A stretch of 64,000 nt of DNA, taken from assembly GCF_028641065.1 (NCBI RefSeq), contig NC_073411.1, positions 13,578,001 through 13,642,000 on the forward strand. Direction: 5' to 3'. This document shows, piece after piece, positions 49,301-58,300 of this stretch. A model generated the notes under the pieces. The model had not been told where the DNA came from and did no database searches. It saw only the letters and a program-made list of their open reading frames with translations. The position numbers and the translations under genes are program-made. The stretch comes from Leucoraja erinacea. Lineage: Eukaryota. How positions within the stretch are numbered: the first letter of the stretch is position 1; the number at the start of each line of letters is the position of its first letter.

Positions 49301-52300
49301 TACGGCCCTGCTCCGGGTCGTTCCATCCCGCGACACGGGCGGGAGAAGTCGCGTTGCGGGAGCTCCGGAAAGCGGTCTCCATGCGGACCCGCGAGCTCCC
49401 GATGTCCCAGTCCACCTGGAGCCTCCAAGCTACGTGGTCGGGCCGCAGCAGCGAGTCACCACCGCTCCCCACAGCCCCACGATGGTAAGTCCGCAGCTCC
49501 GCAGGCTCCGTGACTGGAGCCCCCAGGTCGTTCAGGCTGGAGGCCGCTCCATGGTGCTAGGCCCCAACGACATGAAGAGATTTAAAAATGTTTCCCCCTT
49601 CCCCCCCCCGCCCCCCACATATACACATTTAAAAACACTATTAAAAAACACAAACAACTACATTTAACTAGACAAAAAAAAAAAGACAGACAGACTGTAG
49701 GGGCCACTACAACAGGTGAGTCACACCGCCATCCAAATAAACCGTTGAACAGTGAAGTCTGAGTGATGACCAGGTTTCACCGATGCAGTGCTGACACTGT
49801 CACCCAGACAGGCTCAGACAGAAGATAAGGTGGGCAGCAGAGATTTGGCTCAACATTTGTTCTCTGATATTTAAAAACACAAAATTCTTAAAAATAACTA
49901 AAACATTAAAAAAAAAACCTAATCTTTCTCTCCCCGTTCAAACTCATCAAAGTCTTTAGAATCTCAGATCTAAATTGTGTCTTAGTGTCGATACTGCTGT
50001 AGATTGGAAGGTAGTGATGAATTTGCTGCTATATATTAGTCAATATGTTTTGGAATTCTGCAATGGCAAATTCAGTCCAAAACTTACTAAAATGTGCCAG
50101 TAATATTTAGCCCAATCATTTAAGCGATGGATCCACCAGAATCACAGCGATCCAGACCACATTTATCTGGTGGAGAAAAGGAATTTCGTTGTCTAAATGC
50201 ATTTCGTTGTCTCTGTACTGTACACTGACAATGACAATTAAATTGAATCTGAATCTGAATGGGTGACGCTTCGGGTCGAGACCTTCTTCAGAATGAGGGT
50301 CGGGGGAGAGGGAAAATAGGGATATGAAAAGTGTTCCTTTTTCCGCGCTGTGTCTCTAAACTACACTAAACTAAAAGAAAGTGACCAAGTAGCTAGCCTG
50401 CCATTTTTGGCTTCACGTTTCTGGCAACTTGTTCGATATGTTTTTTGCTGAAATGAAAAATTTGCAAAACCCTGAAATAAAATGATTTGTGGAATTTAAT
50501 CATGCCCATACACTGTCACTTTTTAATTACAACCTATTTCTCAGCGGAAAGAGCCATTGACCACTTTTTGTAATAAAAGTGGATGCTGGCCGGGTGGTAT
50601 AGATTGTGGTGAATTGTAACTGCGCTAAATTGAATACAGTGTTATTAGTGGTGAGGCAGGCAGCTGCTGCCTGTTGGTCTGTTTAGAATGAACTATTATC
50701 AGATAGTTGTGCATCTTTGAAGTGCTGGTTGAGACTTGGCCTGAAGCTTTGATAGTGGAGGCATCGATCAGGCATTAGTCTGTTTTACTACCTTGTCTGA
50801 ATATTGATTGCCCGTTGAATCTCTGCTTTCTCTGCTTCCTTGCTTACCTGCTGGCACAGCCGGCCCAAGAAGTCTTTTTGTGACAGCTGCTTTGGAGACA
50901 CAGGAAGTATTATTAAGTTTTAAACAACAGAGCCATTGTAAACTTCATTTGGCTCAGACCGACCTTCCCTTACTGTGGTCTTACAGTATATTCTGTAACC
51001 ATAATATCCTGATTTGACCTATGTTTCCAGACCCTTGCTGTGACAATAAATGGCCCCCACTTGCGCAATTTTCTTCGGCGACTGCCGGCACCCGTCATAG
51101 GTCGCCAAAAATTGTCAAAATGTCGACATGTCGCGGGGTGACGCCTGTATGTATGGTTGTGAGCAGTCGCCCAAAGAGTCGTACCTTTTTCTGGCCGCTG
51201 TAGGATTTTCAACATTTTGAAATTTTCGGCGACCTGCTGCTACTATGACGGGGGTGGTCGGTGAGATTGCCACACACTAAAGGCAAATCTCCAGTCTATT
51301 TAATGTGTTGCCTTTAATGATGAGGATCAAAGAATCCCTGAACTACTTGGCCCATTGATCATTACAGGGTGACAACCACTACACACCTCAGTTTGCAACT
51401 CACCATTTCATAATGGATATCATAAAGGCTTTTTAACCTCCTCACATCAAGAGTAACTGGCAGCATGCGTTTCTCAAAAGAGTCCGTTTTGTGATAGACT
51501 GAACCCATAGGATGGCCACAGCTCCACATAGAACCACATGGTACATCTGAACGACTACCTGAACTAAAAATCATAGCCTCAAACACATTGCTCCTTTGTG
51601 AGAATGGCATAGAGTCTTTGCTCACAGATGATTCTTAGCAGATCAGCCCTCGTTGTGTGCACTTTGTAAGCAACTCTTGGTCGATGATTATTGGTGTTCA
51701 ACTACATTGCCAACAACATTGCATTGGTGAAGTAATAGGTGTCCTATTCCTTCTCTCCAGAGACGCTGCCTGCTCCGCTGACTTACTCCAGCTTCTTGTG
51801 TCTATCTTCGCTGTAAACCAGCATCTGCAGTTCCTTCTTCTCATTCTATTTATAATTTGTATTTGCATAACACTAATGGCCCTGTCCCACAGTACGAGTT
51901 CATTTCCAAGAGCTCTCCCGAGTTAAAAAAAATCAAACTCGTGGTAAGCACGGAGAATGAACGTAGCGGGTACGTCGGAGCTCGGGGACGTCTCTTAGCG
52001 GCTCGTAACACTAACGGCAGGCACTCGGGAAGACTCGCTAATGGCAGGTAAGCTCAGGAAGACCCGTGAACATTTTTCAACGTTGAAAAATGTCCACGAG
52101 AGCCCCGAGTACCGACGAGCGGCCATTACAGTAAATCTCCGAGTTCGAATCAGGGCAAACTCGGGAGAGAGCTCTTGGAATGAACTCTTACCGTGGGACA
52201 GGGCCGTTAAATTGTCAGTAATAAATCCCGAGGAAGATGGATAAGGTCCATCAGACGACATGAATGAATTTGGTGAAGCTGACACAGGCGGCCTTTAATG

Positions 52301-55300
52301 AAGGAGCCATGTACAAGCAGCTGCTTGTAGATGCACTATTCTATGCTCAGTGTACATTGAGGAGGATTGCATATCTGTGGTTAGTAATAAAACCAGGTTG
52401 GATTATACTTAAGTAAAACATTTCTTCAGCGTGTAAGTTATGAACAATGTCACTAACAGCATTGGCGTTGCAGTTTTAGAAAGTCGGCAGCTCAATCTCC
52501 CTCCTGGGATGAATAAAGTTCTATCGTATTGTAAAAGTTCTCCTGTAATGAACTGCAGAAAATAGATTAGATATTTTCACTTGCAACTATTTTTCTAAAA
52601 GTAGGATTGCAGATTGTTTCATAATGCTCATGGTCGGTTAGAACTTATGAACAGTACACCCATGTGTCGGAGGGAGATGCAGATATTGGTTTAGATGGAA
52701 GATAGACACAAAAAGCTGGAGTAACTCAGCGGGACAGGCAGCATCTCTGGAGAGAAGGAATGGGTGATGTTTCGGGACATTTGTGTCTAACAGTACACCC
52801 ATGATCCTTTTCTTTCTGAATGAACAAAAATACTTTGGATTCAACACTTTTTGCCTCTCAAATGAAATTGCTCCTGTCAGGAACAGTTTGTTGTGCCCGG
52901 ATGGAGCGTTGTGCATGGATTTTCCAGGAGCTAGCTCTCAGGCATAACACACACTGGTCGAAACGTCACCTATTCTTTCCCTCGTTGCTGCCTCACCCAC
53001 TGAGTTACTCCAGCATCTTGTGGCTACCTTTGCTCGTAAGGAGGTTGTATGTTCTCTCCGTGACCTGCGTAGGTCTTCTCTTGGTGTTCTGGTATCCTCC
53101 CACATTCCAAAGACGTGCAGGTTTGTAGGTTAATTGGCTTGGCATAATTGGAAATTATCTCTAGTGTGTGTGGAATAGTGTGAGTGTGCGGGGATCGCTG
53201 GTCGGCGCGGACTCGGTGGGCCGAAGGACCTGTGATTTAAAGTGTATTAAATATCGACACGTGCCTGCCTGTTCTACCATAACGTTTATAGTCTCTTGCA
53301 ACTTATCACTATTGTCTTTACATTTCACAATATTGCCACAAATCATCCCAAGAATTGTTTTTAAGTGAAACAAAATTTGAAGACGCCAATCTTTAGAGGA
53401 CAGAATGTTACTTGTTTAATGATACATAAATTAGTGTTATGTTACTGTTTTGAGCAAGTTTAAACTATTCCCCACTTGGTGTTTGGCAAAAACGGAGTTG
53501 TTTAAAGATGATGTGGCTTGTGGTGGGAGTGGAATATTTAATCAATCTGTATCATCCAGCTCATCAAGACAATCCCTTTCACAAAGATAAGCACACAGTG
53601 CTGGAGTAACACAACAGGTCAGGCAGCATCTCTGAAGAACATGGATAAGTGACGTTTTCTTCACATCCGAAACATCACCCGTTCATGTTCTCCAGAGATG
53701 CTCCCTGACCCGCTGAGTTACTCCAGCACTTTGTGCTTATCTTTGGTATAACCCAGCATCAGCGGTTCCTTTACATTACATCCTTTCGTTGAAGGGTTTT
53801 GGCCCTATTTCTATTTCCTTCGCTGCATAGATGCTGCTGCACCCGCTGAGTTTCTCCAGCATTTTTGTGTACACTGATCTGTTCTGCATTCATGCCTTCT
53901 ATATTCTGTTGTGCTGAAGCAAAGTAAGAATTTAATTGTCCTATCTAGGACACATGGCAATAAACAATGCATTTCGTTGTCTCTGTACTGTACACTGACA
54001 ATGACAATTAAAATTGAATCTCAAACTCTTGAATCTTGATCACCAAATCGTGCAATCAATGAAAAATATTGGCCTGTTCACACTGTTGGTTTAATCTGTA
54101 AGAATGATAGTTCTTCAACTTGTTAACATACTGCACACAATGTACTAGTACAATTAAATCCTTGTTTCCTTTTCATTGCAAATATACCCAAAATAAGTCT
54201 CTCTGGTTTTTTTTTTTTTGCCCGACTGTTCAGGAATTGATTTTTTACTTGTGCTGCTTGTTTTACTGACAATTGCTACAGATTGGTGAATTGTTAACTC
54301 TCTCTTTCCCTGCCTTTTTTGAACAGGGTGTCTGCCGATTACCAGAAGAGAGTGATGGCACTGAGTATCCATTCAGGAGAATTGACATCAGGTGAGTTAA
54401 TGAAATAATGATGAATCAAAATGCTCTATCCATCGAGTATTGGACCAGCAGGCAGAAGATGGGTGGCACCAGTTAAAAAGTAAAGGAACCAGGAACTTTA
54501 ATTAAACTCACACTAAAGTGTCTGCAATTAATTAAAAACATTAAGATCAAGAAAACATAGAAACATAGAAACATAGAAAATAGGTGCAGGAGTAGGCCAT
54601 TCGGCCCTTCGAGCCTGCACCGCCATTCAATATGATCATGGCTGATCATCCAACTCGGTATCCCATTCCTGCCTTCTCTCCATACCCCCTGATCCCTTTA
54701 GCCACAAGGGCCATATCTATCTCCCTCTTAAATATAGCCAATGAACTGTGGCCTCAACTACCTTCTGCGGCAGAGAATTCCAGAGATTCACCACTCTCTG
54801 TGTGAAAAAGGTTTTCCTCATCTCGGTCCTAAAATATTCCCCCTTATCCTTAAACTGTGACCCCTTGTTCTGGACTTCACCAACATCGGGAATAATCTTC
54901 CTGCATCTAGCCTGTCCAACCCCTTAAGAATTTTGTAAGATTTCTATAAGATCCCCCCCTCAATCTTCTAAATTCTAGCGAGTACAAGCCGAGTCTATCC
55001 AGTCTTTCTTCAATAGTAGATAAACTGTAGATAAACTATAGATTAAGTTAAAGAGAAAAGGGTAGTATGGTGGAGCAGTGGTAGAGTTGTTGCCTTACAG
55101 TGCTTGCAGCTCCGTGTGCTGTTTGTAGGTAGTTTGTACGTTCTCCCCGTGACCCACGTGGGTTTTCTCTAAGATCTTTGTTTCCTCCCACACTCCAAAG
55201 ATGTACAGGTTTGTAGGTTAATTGGCTTGGTGTAACCTTGCTGTCTCCTCCCCTTCTCAGCTCTCCCTCAGCCCTTGGGCTCCTCCTCTTCCTTTTTCCT

Positions 55301-58300
55301 TTCTTCTCCCCACCCTACATCAGTCTGAAGAAGGGTTTTGACCCGAAACGTTGCCTATTTCCTTGCTCCATGGATGCTGCTGCACCCGCTGGGTTTCTCC
55401 AGCACCTTTGTCTACCTGGTATAAATGTAAATTGTTTCTTGTGTGGGTAGGATAGTGTTAATGTGCGGGGATCACTGGTCGGTGCAGACTCGGTGGGCCG
55501 AAGGGCCTGTGTCCGCGCTGTATCTAAACTAAAACTAAAGTAATATCGATTTTAACCTTGGAATAAAAATAAAGATGATTGAGAAGTCAGCAGTTCAGTC
55601 AGCATCTGTGGAGAGGAATAGCCGATGAACAAGTGGATTGCTAAATTGCACATGAGATTAAAACATTAAAAAATGATTTTGGTTTAGTGCATAACTGTAA
55701 AAATTAACAATATATGCCGAAATCTAACTCTTTGTTGGCTGTTTCAGGAAGAAAGGATGTTAGTCTTCAATTGGTTTTATCTCGATGGTCATTGGGAGCC
55801 CTTTGTTGCTTCCAACAATAGTGGTCGTGATAGCTAGCTTTGCCATTGCCTTTATGTACTTGTATTCATGTATATTTAAAAGGGATATTCCAAATGGCAC
55901 TATTTCAGAAATTGGGCAAGTGAACACGATCCCCAACGCGAATGAGTTGAGGAATGAACCATCTCCATTGTTCAGTAGCTTATGGTCCTTTGGCTAAAGG
56001 TTGATAACTGTGGACGTTTCACCTGCAGGCTCATTCCAAAGGATCAGTATTTCTGTGGCGTGCTTTATTTCACCGGAAGTGATCTTTTTAACAAGAACAT
56101 GAGGACCCAGGCCCTGGAAAAAGGCTTCACATTGAATGAGTACACTATTCGTCCATTGGGAGTGACAGGTAGGAGCTGAATCCTTTTGGAAGCATAGAGA
56201 CACAAGAAACTGCAGGTGCTGGAATCATGAGCAAAGCATAAAGTGCTGGAGGAACTCTTATTTTTATTTAGCGAATGCAAAGTCCTTTAGCCAAGCAGTT
56301 GCCTCTTGATCTGCTGTATGAAGGGTGACAAGTCCTCCTTTGAGTCTTTGTTGAGGGCATGCTTCAATGATGTGTTGCATTGTTTGCTGCTCTCCACAAG
56401 CACACCGTGGGGTTGGACTGCTGCCCCATTTGTGAAGGCTGGCCAAGCAGGGGCCATGTCCAGTCCTGAATCTATTCAGCGTCGTCCATTGCTTCCTTGG
56501 GAGATTGGTGCCAGGGACCGGTAGGGTGGGGTCTGACACCAGATGTTTATTTGGGACGTCCTTGGACTCCCATTCCTTTTTCCAAGCTGATTGGATGGTG
56601 AAATCAGCTGGTAGTGGGTTCTTCCAAATTGGTCGTCTAGATGGAAGTCGAGCAGTGGGTGGGTTGAAGATGTCCATGTGAATTGGCTGGTGAGGGGAGT
56701 TTTTGGTCTTTTGGAGCATCCTTTGAGTGAGGACTACTCGCCGGATGTGTGGAGGGGCTATGTTGGATAGGACAGGGAGCCAGGGGAGTGGTGTTGAGTG
56801 GATTGTTCCGGTGATGATCCTCATTGTTGAGTTCAGTTGAGTGTCCACATGGTGTGTGTGGGATGACCTGGACCAAACAGGGGCACAATATTCGGCTGAA
56901 GAAAATGCAAGGGCTAGTGCTGAAATGCGCAGTGTCCCCACTTTGAGCCAGCAAGCTTTCTGAGGAGATTGTTTCTGGACTTCACCTTAGCTGCTGTTCT
57001 TTTGAGATGTTCCTTGAAGGATAGGGTCCTGTCAAGGGTCACTCCGAGGTAGGTTGGAGTGGGGGCATACTTCAGTTTGGTCCTGCTCAGATAGATGTTT
57101 GGTTCTCTTGTGGCTTCTGCATTATGGAGGTGGAACACACTGGAGACCGTTTTTTCTGGGCTTGGTTTTAGGCGCCAGGTTTTGCAGTACTTGTCCAGTT
57201 TAGCAAGGTCTTTAGCATGACTCTTATTACTTTATTATAACTATTTTGCAGAATGTGCAAAGTTTTAAACTTATCATTTATTCTCATATAACACTCCAAA
57301 CCATAAAGGAATTGTAGCCAATATTACCAATGCTGGTGAGCGATATGGGAACAAGAGCGTGCTTAAAATATTGCGGCTAAAATCACTGAATAGCTGACAA
57401 AATTATGTGGTCTCAATGCTGGCATTGGTGAGAAGCAGATTATCATAATGTGCCAACGCCAAGCTTCATCTGCAAGTGAAAAAAGATCAACAAACATCAA
57501 AGATGGACACAAAATGCTTTAATAACTCAGAGGAACAGGCAGCATTTCTGGATGGATGGAATGGGAGATGATTCGGGTCAAGACCCTTCTTCAGATGTCA
57601 GCGTCTGAAGAAGTGTCTCAACCTGAAACGTCACCCACTCCTTCTCTCCAGAGATGTTCCCTGACCTGCTGAGTTAGTCCAGCTATATGTGCCCAACGTT
57701 ATCGCTAAGAAAATCAAGGGATATGGAAAGAAAGCATTTGGATGATCAGCCATGATCGTATTGAAAAACGTACAACTCTTTGGGCGACTACTCATGTCAT
57801 GTGTCGACATGTTGCGGGGTGATGCCCGTATGTCTGTGAGTAAGTAGTCACCCAAAGAGTCTTCCCTGTGTTTGGTCGCCTCTGGATTTTCAACATTTTG
57901 AGACATTTTGGTGAACTGCACACAATACTCCAGGTGCTCCTGATGCTGTAAACTCCTTGTGTGGAGGAAATTGATAACAATCTGGAGAGAGTAAAGTTGG
58001 ATATGATTGGTGTGTGGTTGATGGTCAGTATGGAGTCAGTGGGCCGAAGGGCCTGTTTCAGTTCTGTATTTCTCTTTGACTACAATAGTTTATGAAGTTG
58101 GGAGTAGAGGATGAGAGGCATATGTCAAGCAGGAGAACTTGGTTGAAAAACACGTTTGTTATAGATTTGATACCACGTATGTTAGACAACATTTAAAGAT
58201 GTTGGTTTCAATAAAATACTTTTTTTTAATATTTCTCTTCTCAAAGAAACCTTAGAGAGAATTCAATAAACTTCTGTAGTGTGGTATGATATGTTTTTGA

